A stretch of 54,687 nt of DNA from a virus (lineage: Duplodnaviria > Caudoviricetes): the IMG/VR virus record IMGVR_UViG_3300037212_000012, positions 1 to 54,687 of that record, one strand, 5' to 3'. How positions within the stretch are numbered: position 1 is the first letter of the stretch; each line of letters begins with the position of its first letter. A program made the position numbers and the translations under genes. This document shows, in pieces, positions 1-8,500 of this stretch. The notes below the pieces were generated by a model. That model was not told the DNA's origin. It saw only the letters and a program-made list of their open reading frames with translations, and ran no database searches.

Positions 1-127
1 GTGCAAGATCCACCACATGATTTAATCCGCCTTTGGATCGAACTCGAAGTGTATAACCTGCCGTGTGCAAGATCCACCACATGATTTAATCCGCCTTTGG
101 ATCGAACTCGAAGTGTATAACCTGCCG
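1..127. repeat. 64-bp unit, two tandem copies at the window start; same unit at the window end
   Basis: GTGCAAGATCCACCACATG...TATAACCTGCCGT at 1-64 and 65-127 (63 bp). Identical to the copies at 54510-54687. Confidence 0.95.
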
Positions 128-973
128 CTTGGGGGCATAGTAGCTTGTTACGTAGCCTCTAAACATTGGGTGGGTGGTTATGACCTGCCCCAGGTTCAAG
201 TCCCAAGTGGCGGGCAGACTCAGAATCTCAACCAGTTTGTCCACAATTCCCGAATCCTCGCCAAATTTGGTCTTTTCGAGATCCCGCATGACTCCAAGCC
301 AGACCTTTGCCCTTTCGCTTGATTCCTCACAGTTATAACGACATGGGAACCACGGAATTACCTTGAACCCATAATAACGAAGATCTGACCTTATTAGAGG
401 GTCAAAGTTTGAAAGAGATATTGAGCCATCTAGATTCTTTTTGTGGGGCATGGCTAAGGCGGCTGGCATTACGGGATCAAAATTAACCTTGAAGTTCTCT
501 GTAAAGGCCGCGCTGCAACAATCCGGATAGCCCAGGTATCCGCCCATCCTAGCGTGATCACAACCGCCGAGTTTGAGTTCTGCCTTTACGAAGTCCTCGG
601 CTATATCGAGATCGCGAGCCACCACCCCAAATACCATGACATCTGGCCCGAGCCGATCTGTTGGAAAATGGGTGTGAGAGAACCCTTCGTATTGGAGGCT
701 CCGCCTCATTGGCAGAAACGCCAGTTTGTCCCTCATTATTTGGGCTATCTCGTTATCGTAGTTGTGCGGGGATAGGTGGAAGATATTCGCCTCCCTCTTG
801 CCCTGCCTGACCATTTCATACTCACTTTCATAGGCTAAGGTCGCTATTTTTCTCTTTAATCCCACTAAACCATGATCGGGATACTTTGCCATGAAAGCTG
901 AAAATGGTTTTGGATCTGTGATCTGAGTTTTTAAAGTTTCCTGATTTTGATTATCCATATTTACGCCCCCCAT
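86..973 (-). CDS. DUF483-like Cys-rich protein, putative accessory of the radical SAM cassette
   Basis: GGYLGYPDCC..AF and IPWFPCRYNC motifs resemble archaeal DUF483 proteins. Gene abuts or overlaps the end of the rSAM gene; the true start may be the second Met (958). Confidence 0.55.
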   Translation of the reverse strand: MGGVNMDNQNQETLKTQITDPKPFSAFMAKYPDHGLVGLKRKIATLAYESEYEMVRQGKREANIFHLSPHNYDNEIAQIMRDKLAFLPMRRSLQYEGFSHTHFPTDRLGPDVMVFGVVARDLDIAEDFVKAELKLGGCDHARMGGYLGYPDCCSAAFTENFKVNFDPVMPAALAMPHKKNLDGSISLSNFDPLIRSDLRYYGFKVIPWFPCRYNCEESSERAKVWLGVMRDLEKTKFGEDSGIVDKLVEILSLPATWDLNLGQVITTHPMFRGYVTSYYAPKRQVIHFEFDPKAD

Positions 974-2208
974 GAATCACCATGCGGCGAATCTCCGTGA
1001 TCATCGTAATCTCCATGACCGCCTGATTCCGAATCTCCATGCACCTGCTGTCTTGGCTGGCAGGCCGGTTGCTGGTGCCGCTGTTGCTGCTGCGGATATG
1101 GTTCTACCCATTTATTTTTAAGGTAGTAATCTTGATAAAAGTTTGGTACATCTATCGCCAGCCTGCGGCCAGGGTCCATAGCTCTTATGTGACGTTCCAA
1201 GTATTGCAGGAGTGCATAATAAGCCTCGCAGAATTCGGTTTTATTTCTCACGTCGCCGCCTACTCCCTCAGCAGGGCAACCGCCCGCGCAGATTTCAAAA
1301 TATCTGCACCCCTTGCACTGGGTCTGCTTTAGCATCTCTGACCGGACTAAAGTGGCCTGATGGGGTTGGTAGTAATATCCAGACTCAAAGCATCTGTCGC
1401 ACCTGGATAGATTGCCATCCGGCATTATGGTGGTGCATCTGGTCACGAGATAGTCACATCTCGTATAGAGACAGCAATTTAGCCCCTGGCCTTTCAGGTT
1501 TTTCATATTCTCTATGACCACTGCGGGCCGGAACTCATTTGGATGCTCTATATATGCCTGTGCAAATTTGAGAAAGGCTATTTTCAGCTCTTCGGGCGAG
1601 AGTTTATACTTCAACAGATGGCTTGCCTTGCAACTCGGCAGGAACATTTGGTTGTATCTACCATCGCTCTTGGTTTCAATTCCCCACCGAATTAATTCAT
1701 CAATCTTAGAAGGCGATGCATTGAGTTTAGTGAGAACCGTTATGGTGCCCACCTTTATCCCTTCGTCCTTCAGCCACTTTATGTTTTCCTGTAGCCTCTT
1801 TTGGTACTCTCGGTTGGCTTTCTTATCCCTCGGACCTCTTAAGGTATTGAATTTTGCCGGTCCATCTATCGAGACACCAACGCTCTGCATATGATATTCC
1901 TTAATTAACCTGATGTGTTCTGCCGTGAGATTCCAAAGGGCTGTCTGCATTGAGGGTTGACCGCCAACCGACTTTATGGTTTCCAATGAGAACTTAAAAT
2001 CTTCTATTGGCAAACTGGTTACGTCTCCGCCGTGGAGGATAACTTGGGGATGTTCATCCTTGCCCCATTGTTTAGATATGTCGCGCAGGGTAGCCGCCAT
2101 AGCCTCTTTATTATATCTCCCCGGTATGGATGGCTTGTTCTCGTCCTCAAAGCAATATTCACAACCTGTAGGGCAGTCCAACAGCATGTACCATAATATC
2201 GTGTTCAT
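961..2208 (-). CDS. Radical SAM/SPASM-domain enzyme (peptide/protein maturase type) with HGD-repeat C-terminal tail
   Basis: CPTGCEYC (CxxxCxxC), LHGGD, VGVSIDG; SPASM cysteines in IMPDGNLSRC and CKGCRYFEICAGGCP...C; Q-rich linker, then HGD x4. Confidence 0.93.
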   Translation of the reverse strand: MNTILWYMLLDCPTGCEYCFEDENKPSIPGRYNKEAMAATLRDISKQWGKDEHPQVILHGGDVTSLPIEDFKFSLETIKSVGGQPSMQTALWNLTAEHIRLIKEYHMQSVGVSIDGPAKFNTLRGPRDKKANREYQKRLQENIKWLKDEGIKVGTITVLTKLNASPSKIDELIRWGIETKSDGRYNQMFLPSCKASHLLKYKLSPEELKIAFLKFAQAYIEHPNEFRPAVVIENMKNLKGQGLNCCLYTRCDYLVTRCTTIMPDGNLSRCDRCFESGYYYQPHQATLVRSEMLKQTQCKGCRYFEICAGGCPAEGVGGDVRNKTEFCEAYYALLQYLERHIRAMDPGRRLAIDVPNFYQDYYLKNKWVEPYPQQQQRHQQPACQPRQQVHGDSESGGHGDYDDHGDSPHGDSWGA

Positions 2209-2249
2209 CTTATTCCTCGTTTATTATTATCATAATAATCATACTTTCG

Positions 2250-5243
2250 CTAATCGTAGAATGTATTGTCGTGTGGGGTATCCTTGTGCGGTAAGTCGTT
2301 ATGGTTATCTGCGTGAGGCGCATCTCCGTGTGGGATGTCCCTGTGGGGTATTGGATTATCGCTATGCGGTGAATCGGAGTGCGGTGCATCTTCGTGCGGT
2401 ATCCCGCAATCGCAGTGCCAAGACGAATCTTGGAAACTGGCTCCTTCTGAGTTGGCGTGGGCCGTGTTGCCGTGTGGTACTTCTGCCTGTATTACTTTTG
2501 CTGGCGTATTGCACCAGCTTGGGTCACCTGTGCTATCCGAATAGCCATGTTGGGTGAATAGAATCTGATAATCCCAGATAGGCTTATATTCAGGTCCGGG
2601 ACCTTCGTGTGAGCCTGTCACAATTGCATGACACCAGCTAGGATCACATTTTGGGCTTGATTGCTGGCAACCGCTCGGGTCTGGATTCCCTGTTGAGGCG
2701 CTTCCTGTGATAGTTGTGCATTCATCTATGTAGGCACCGTGATCACAATGATCCTGGTTTAAGAAGGGCACTGCGTCTTGGTTTGCGTGGAGCGTGTTGC
2801 CGTGGGGGGTGTAGGGCTGATTGGCATGGTTTGAGAAATCTGGAGTCGGACAATCACATTCATGATCTGCGTGAGGAGTGTCTGAGTGCGGCGTATCTGT
2901 GTGGGCTGGTCCACCATCGTTATAGATAACATCATTGTGAACGATATCGCTATGATGCCAATCATCCGAGTGCGGAGTATCCGAGTGCGGAGAGCCTGCG
3001 CAATCGCAATGGATTGCCTTGTCTGTGAAGGGCACTGAATTCGAATCGTAATGATTATTATCCAAATGAGAGTCTATATGCAGATTGTCATCGGAATAAT
3101 CGGTGTAACCGTCTTCGTAACCTGCGTCTCCATGCTCTACCGCGGGAACATTGAAATGGTCGTCAAAGTCTGGTGAGACTAATGAGGGGTCGTAGCTATT
3201 TTTATGGGGTACTGCCGCCTGAATGACTTTGGCTGCATCGTTGCACCAGGTCGGGTCTAGGGAGGAGTCTATATAAGCAAACTGGTTGAAATCAACCTGC
3301 CCGTCAACCATATGGCACCAACTCGGGCTACATTTCGGATGGCTCGGCGGGCATCCTCCTGAGTAGCCTTGCAGCATGGTGCATTCATCTGTCCAGATCC
3401 CACTGTTACAATGATCCTGGTTTATGAACGGAATGGGATCAGCGTCCGCATGACCACAATCGCAAAAAGGCATATCGGTAAAGCTATCACTATGCGAAAC
3501 ATTGCCGTGGACTATTTCGTCATTATGGCCCCCGTTGTGTTCATCTTGATAAGGTGCATCTCCGTGCGGCACATCATCGTGGTTTGAGTCTCCATGCGGT
3601 GTGTGGTCCCAAGGCGAATCTGCGTAGATATCCTGATAATTATTTTCATGAACCGGGCCGGGCGTATTCGAATGATTGCAAAAGTCTGAATGCTCGATTA
3701 CTTGGTTGGTATCCTGCCAGTTTTGGTGAATCGAGTCTGCAAAAGCTCTGTCGGAGTAGTTTGAAAAGTCTGCAAAAGCTCTGTCGGAGTAGTTTGAGAA
3801 ATCTGAAAATGTCGTATTATTATGGGTGGTATAGTCTGAATGCGCTTGATTTCCAAATGGACTGTCGGCGTGATTCGTATCAATGTGGTATGGGCCGTCG
3901 ATATGCGAGACATCGGAATGGGTAACATCGCTATGATTTGAAAAATCCCCATGACTAGAATCGATGTGGGCGGTATCGCCGTGAGCTCCCGTATGATTAT
4001 AATGAGCCACGTCACTGTGGGAACTATTTTCGTGGGCTAGATCTACATGGGATGATGGGGAATCCGTATGCGGGTCGTTATAATGTCCCGACATGTCGCT
4101 ATGGGGGGTATTCCCATGTGCGTTATCGGTATGCCAGTTATGCTGATAGCTATCATAATACCCATCATTGTGCTGCTGATAAGCGTAATCTACATGGGCC
4201 TGGTTTCCGTGCGGATTCCCGTCATTATGTGCTGTATTGCCGTGGTTTGCGAAATCCGAATGTGAGATATCTCCGTGCGAAGCATCTGTATGTGGCGTGT
4301 CGCCATGATCATTAAAATTGCTAAATGGGGTATCTCCATGACTTGCGGAGTTTGTGTGATCATTGTAATTGCTAAAATCCGTATTTGAGAATGGCGTATC
4401 ATTGTGGTTGGTCCAATCGGAATGTGCACTGCTATTTTCAAATACACTATCGGCATGCGCTATATCATGATGGTCCGAAAAATTTCCAAACGGCGTGTCG
4501 CTATATCCTGGATCGTTAAAATGTGACTGGTCGCTATGATCAGATATATCGAGATGAGCCTGATTTTCGAAAGGTGTATCAATATACTCAGAATCGTTTG
4601 AAAAGGCTACATCCTCATGATAGCCTGCGCTGGCATCATCAACATAATATTCGATGGCATCGGAGTGAGGGGTATCACCATGCTCAACCCCTCCCTGGTC
4701 GGCGTGCGGATTTTCACACCCTTCGTTGAGATGGTGATATGCTTTATATCGGTAACCTTCCACCTCATCTAAATATGCAGAATTGGCATGGGACGAATTG
4801 CACCAACTTGGATCTGATGAGCTTTGATTATGTCCATATTGGAGAAACCGTGTGTGGGTTGCCCCGTCGCCCGGATCATAGCTGCTACATTCTGAAGTTT
4901 TTCCTGACCTTGGGTCGCTGGGCGGACATCCTGGCTGTCCGGTTGATGGGTCTATCCAAGGTTCCCTATCAAGAAGATAGATAGGTACCCATTCGTCTTT
5001 GGGGATACCGCTATTACAATGCTCTGCGTCGCCGTGCGGTGCGTCTAAATGGCCGATTGGGTCGTTTGTGGCTTCGGGACCTCCCGGATCGGATTCTTGA
5101 GCTGGACCGAGACCATCTGCGAAAACGTATGTGTCGTTGTGTGTACCAGAATCGCAATGCGCTACATCTAAGTAGGGAATCTCTGCTACATCTTCATGTG
5201 AGCTATCTAGATGTGCATTGGTCCAACCGATACATTCACCCAT
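2250..5243 (-). CDS. 997-aa His-x-Asp/Asn repeat protein; candidate radical SAM substrate and tail-associated protein
   Basis: About 90 H-x-[DN] motifs by manual count, often 5 residues apart (e.g. PHSDSPHSDNPIPHRDIPHGDAPHAD). Also F/Y/W-x-[DN] motifs and three Cys-rich DPSWC-type modules. Confidence 0.85.
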   Translation of the reverse strand: MGECIGWTNAHLDSSHEDVAEIPYLDVAHCDSGTHNDTYVFADGLGPAQESDPGGPEATNDPIGHLDAPHGDAEHCNSGIPKDEWVPIYLLDREPWIDPSTGQPGCPPSDPRSGKTSECSSYDPGDGATHTRFLQYGHNQSSSDPSWCNSSHANSAYLDEVEGYRYKAYHHLNEGCENPHADQGGVEHGDTPHSDAIEYYVDDASAGYHEDVAFSNDSEYIDTPFENQAHLDISDHSDQSHFNDPGYSDTPFGNFSDHHDIAHADSVFENSSAHSDWTNHNDTPFSNTDFSNYNDHTNSASHGDTPFSNFNDHGDTPHTDASHGDISHSDFANHGNTAHNDGNPHGNQAHVDYAYQQHNDGYYDSYQHNWHTDNAHGNTPHSDMSGHYNDPHTDSPSSHVDLAHENSSHSDVAHYNHTGAHGDTAHIDSSHGDFSNHSDVTHSDVSHIDGPYHIDTNHADSPFGNQAHSDYTTHNNTTFSDFSNYSDRAFADFSNYSDRAFADSIHQNWQDTNQVIEHSDFCNHSNTPGPVHENNYQDIYADSPWDHTPHGDSNHDDVPHGDAPYQDEHNGGHNDEIVHGNVSHSDSFTDMPFCDCGHADADPIPFINQDHCNSGIWTDECTMLQGYSGGCPPSHPKCSPSWCHMVDGQVDFNQFAYIDSSLDPTWCNDAAKVIQAAVPHKNSYDPSLVSPDFDDHFNVPAVEHGDAGYEDGYTDYSDDNLHIDSHLDNNHYDSNSVPFTDKAIHCDCAGSPHSDTPHSDDWHHSDIVHNDVIYNDGGPAHTDTPHSDTPHADHECDCPTPDFSNHANQPYTPHGNTLHANQDAVPFLNQDHCDHGAYIDECTTITGSASTGNPDPSGCQQSSPKCDPSWCHAIVTGSHEGPGPEYKPIWDYQILFTQHGYSDSTGDPSWCNTPAKVIQAEVPHGNTAHANSEGASFQDSSWHCDCGIPHEDAPHSDSPHSDNPIPHRDIPHGDAPHADNHNDLPHKDTPHDNTFYD
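3734..3797. repeat. 33-bp tandem duplication inside the HxD gene (FSNYSDRAFAD x2)
   Basis: AGTCTGCAAAAGCTCTGTCGGAGTAGTTTGA at 3734 and 3767. Confidence 0.9.
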
Positions 5244-5535
5244 TTTTCTTGAACATTTCCTTATAGGCGTTCATCCGCCTCTTGTAGGTTTCCTCGTTTC
5301 CAAGCGATTCGTTTCTTTGGATAACCCTATAATCCTCGATCAATGTTACAATCATTTGAAGCTTTTCCCGAGATATGACACCTTCCTCGATCAAGAAGGT
5401 TATAACAGCCTCGGATTTGATCTCTTCAGACCATAGCCTTTCTTGTAAATTTCTGATCAAAGTGTTTTGATCCGGAGCGGTTGCTTTTGCTTCATCCTTA
5501 GCTTTTGGCAATTTGATTTTAGATTTGCTTACCAT
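5236..5535 (-). CDS. Small helical hypothetical protein (possible chaperone)
   Basis: 99-aa ORF between the tail-tip gene and the HxD gene, overlapping the HxD start. Confidence 0.6.
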   Translation of the reverse strand: MVSKSKIKLPKAKDEAKATAPDQNTLIRNLQERLWSEEIKSEAVITFLIEEGVISREKLQMIVTLIEDYRVIQRNESLGNEETYKRRMNAYKEMFKKNG

Positions 5536-5587
5536 ATTTATCCATCCTTTTCTATAATCTCTGTGGTCCCCGGATTTGCATTATCTC

Positions 5588-8500
5588 TCAAGCTCCCTTA
5601 CTAAATATAGTGTCGATGAAAATTTGCCCTTGTATCGATGCGGAGACAGCACAATGACAGGGTTGACCTGGGAAAGACTTGTTTGCCAATCCTAATTTGA
5701 GAGTATACGTGCCAACCGCGTTTACATAATCCGGATTTAATATTACCGGTCCAACCGTTCTTTCGCTGTCCGAAATTATCGCAGGCGATCCAACGACCTC
5801 CTTGAATACTCCTTTTGTATCCCCGATATATATACTTAGATACATTTCTGGGTCGGCTGGGTCGGGTGCTGGACCTGCCTTGAGGCTGTTTGCCTTTAAT
5901 AGCTCTTCAGTGGCGGGATTGCCAAAATTGTAATTTCCGACATTTATTATTAGAGGGACCGGTTGACCGTTCTTATTCGTCGTGCCTATTGTGAGATAAT
6001 CGTGCAAGGCATCATTCGTAAATTCTTCAGTCTCAAAAGCTTCAATTTCGTGGTCGTGGTCTGCTGGCGAAACGTCCACCGCGCCCGATGCCGGACCGAT
6101 ATCACCCGAGAGTGGATGCTTATGTATGGCTGAAGCTACGTCTATGGCCTCGACGTTGACTGATGTTACTACCTCTTTTGATGCCGATCCTATATCGGTG
6201 ATGACATCAACGCTGCGACTTATGACATTGAAAAAGTTCTTGCTACAATTGACTGCCGTACAGCAGTCCGCGGTTAGTTCAGCAATTGCCGAATCTGTCG
6301 ATAAAGATAATTGCCCTGCTACCAGATCAGAATTTACGTCGATGTTCTGAATAGCATTGTCAGTGTCGTCGCATGTCCCAATTTCTAATGAGTTGGTGTG
6401 AGTATGCAATGCTACCGCACAAGAGACCGATGCCGCCGAAGGTAGGGTCTTGAGCGATGCTACCGGATGCTTATGAACCGCGGAAGGCGTAGAAGCGCCG
6501 CCCCCACCTCCGCTCGAACCGTCGCCTCCGCCGCCTCCGCCCTGGCTGCCTGTTGGGGAGGAAACGGTAGCATTCGATCTATTGATTGTGATATTCAATA
6601 CCAGAGATTCAACGTTAAGAGTCTTATCCGGGATGTCGAAAGTGGTCTCAAGCTCAAGGTTGTTATCAAGATTATCCTGGCTCCAAGACCAACTAAAGGG
6701 CTGGATTGTGTCGGTCTGATGCTTGATATATTTGTCAACCATATTTTTTAGGGCCTGCCAGACCTGTTCAGGCTCAATAAGCTTATCTCCCGCCTTGATG
6801 GTCTGCTTGGTTCCATCTCCAATCTGAATGTCTAGCTCCTGGACCCTTAGACAGTTCTCATAAGCAAGGCGCTTGTTTCCAACCTGGAGATTTGCCAGAA
6901 CATAAATCTCGTCGCCTAGATTGCGGGTATCCAGAATACCGCTTTCGCTCTTTACAACTAGCGGAGCTTCAAATGTAATATTCTGGCTTGGGAGCATCTT
7001 GTCGGAGAGGTAATTGCTGGCGAATTTCTCGGCCATTGACTCGCTATGTTGTCCAGGATCGGCATATCGAACGAACCGACCGCCTCTGCCCATATTAACG
7101 TGCTCCCCAGCTATTACGGCTGTGCTGCCCTGGCCGAAACCGGCCACTATGACGCCATTGACCTGATAACGAGAGTCGGCCAATGTGAGATCCTTGATAG
7201 CGAGCAGATTATCGCTGTCCAGATAACGCCCGGCTGGATATGATTTGCTGCCCCTTCCGGCGTGGTCCATGACATCGATGTAGCAGATCCCTCCCCTATA
7301 GGATTCTTCGAATTCATAACCCGCACAGGTCAGGAGGTTAAAGATCACTTCGTAAGGGAGATCCCCGTTTGCGGTCTCCCAATAGAGAATATTTTCCGTT
7401 AGGGCGTCGCCTGTGATCTGGCCTAATCTAATCGGTACTATGCCTTCCCATATATTCGGGACGCTGATTATGTGGTAGTAGGGGCTCGTTTGGTCTGCTA
7501 GCCTGATGTATAGTGTTTTATTATTACTATCATGGTAATAACCTGAATTTGTGCCCGTCTCTAGGTCGTCCAAGGAGAGCCTTGTTATCAGGGCGGTACC
7601 GTCTGAGTACATCTTTGAGATCGTGTAAGGTAATCCTGAATAAATCCATTTATATACGCCTTTTTCTGTGTTTTCGTCATCCCATAACTCATAATATATA
7701 CAACTATTCATTATATATATCATGCCTGGAATATTGTTATTATTGACGGGCTCGGAGCTATTTAATATTTCTGTAAATGATACATTCTGCCAGATGTATT
7801 TTCCTAAGTAGAGTCCACCCTTGGGCGGATTGGGTTTGGCGACCTCCAGGAAGCCAAAAAGATCGGCTAAATATGTGCCATTCTCTTGCCATTGGCATGA
7901 GCGAGAGATGCCATTAAATCGCCTTTTGTCACCTGCTATGTAGATCGTACATAGGCAGTCCTCCGGAATGGGTTCACCGAGGTACATTTTAGCCTCGGAT
8001 ATCTGGCCGTATTTCCAGCTAATATGGCCTGAGACGATATCAGGATTTAGCGCCCCTCCCTGGACCGTTGTAACCTCTATCCAATCGTCTTTTGAGACCG
8101 AGACGGGCAGGTTATAATATCTGGATTGGGGCCAACGCAGATCCAATATCTTACAAGCCCATTGCTCGGAGTGCCACTTAAGGGACAGATCTCCTCGTGT
8201 AGAACCGCCAGAAAGCCACTTGAGAGATAACCGTCGATTGGTGAATTGTTCTGAAGGCCACTCCAGGGTGAGAACTTTAGTAGCGTGTGCATTTTCGGTA
8301 AGATTGGACCAGGTAAAATACCCATATATGCCGCCGTAATCGAAACTCTGTGAAAAAACGCTTATTGTAGGCCATTGAATTGTTAGATGTCTTCCTGTTG
8401 GGCCTCCCATAGACCAGATACATGTTAGATCCTTGGCAGTCCATTGTGAGGAGGGCCATTTTAAGCTGAGGAGTCTTGCTGCTCCCTGCTTTGAGGGCCA

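Noticed and set aside
961-2208. rSAM as anaerobic sulfatase maturase, QueE or ribonucleotide reductase activase
   Set aside because: No sulfatase, que or nrdD genes in the window; SPASM plus the HGD tail fits a protein substrate better. Not formally excluded without a phylogeny.
5261-5281. Sixth copy of the palindromic operator upstream of the HxD gene
   Set aside because: Only the TTATAGGCGTT half matches; the CCTATAA/TATA half is absent and it lies within coding sequence.
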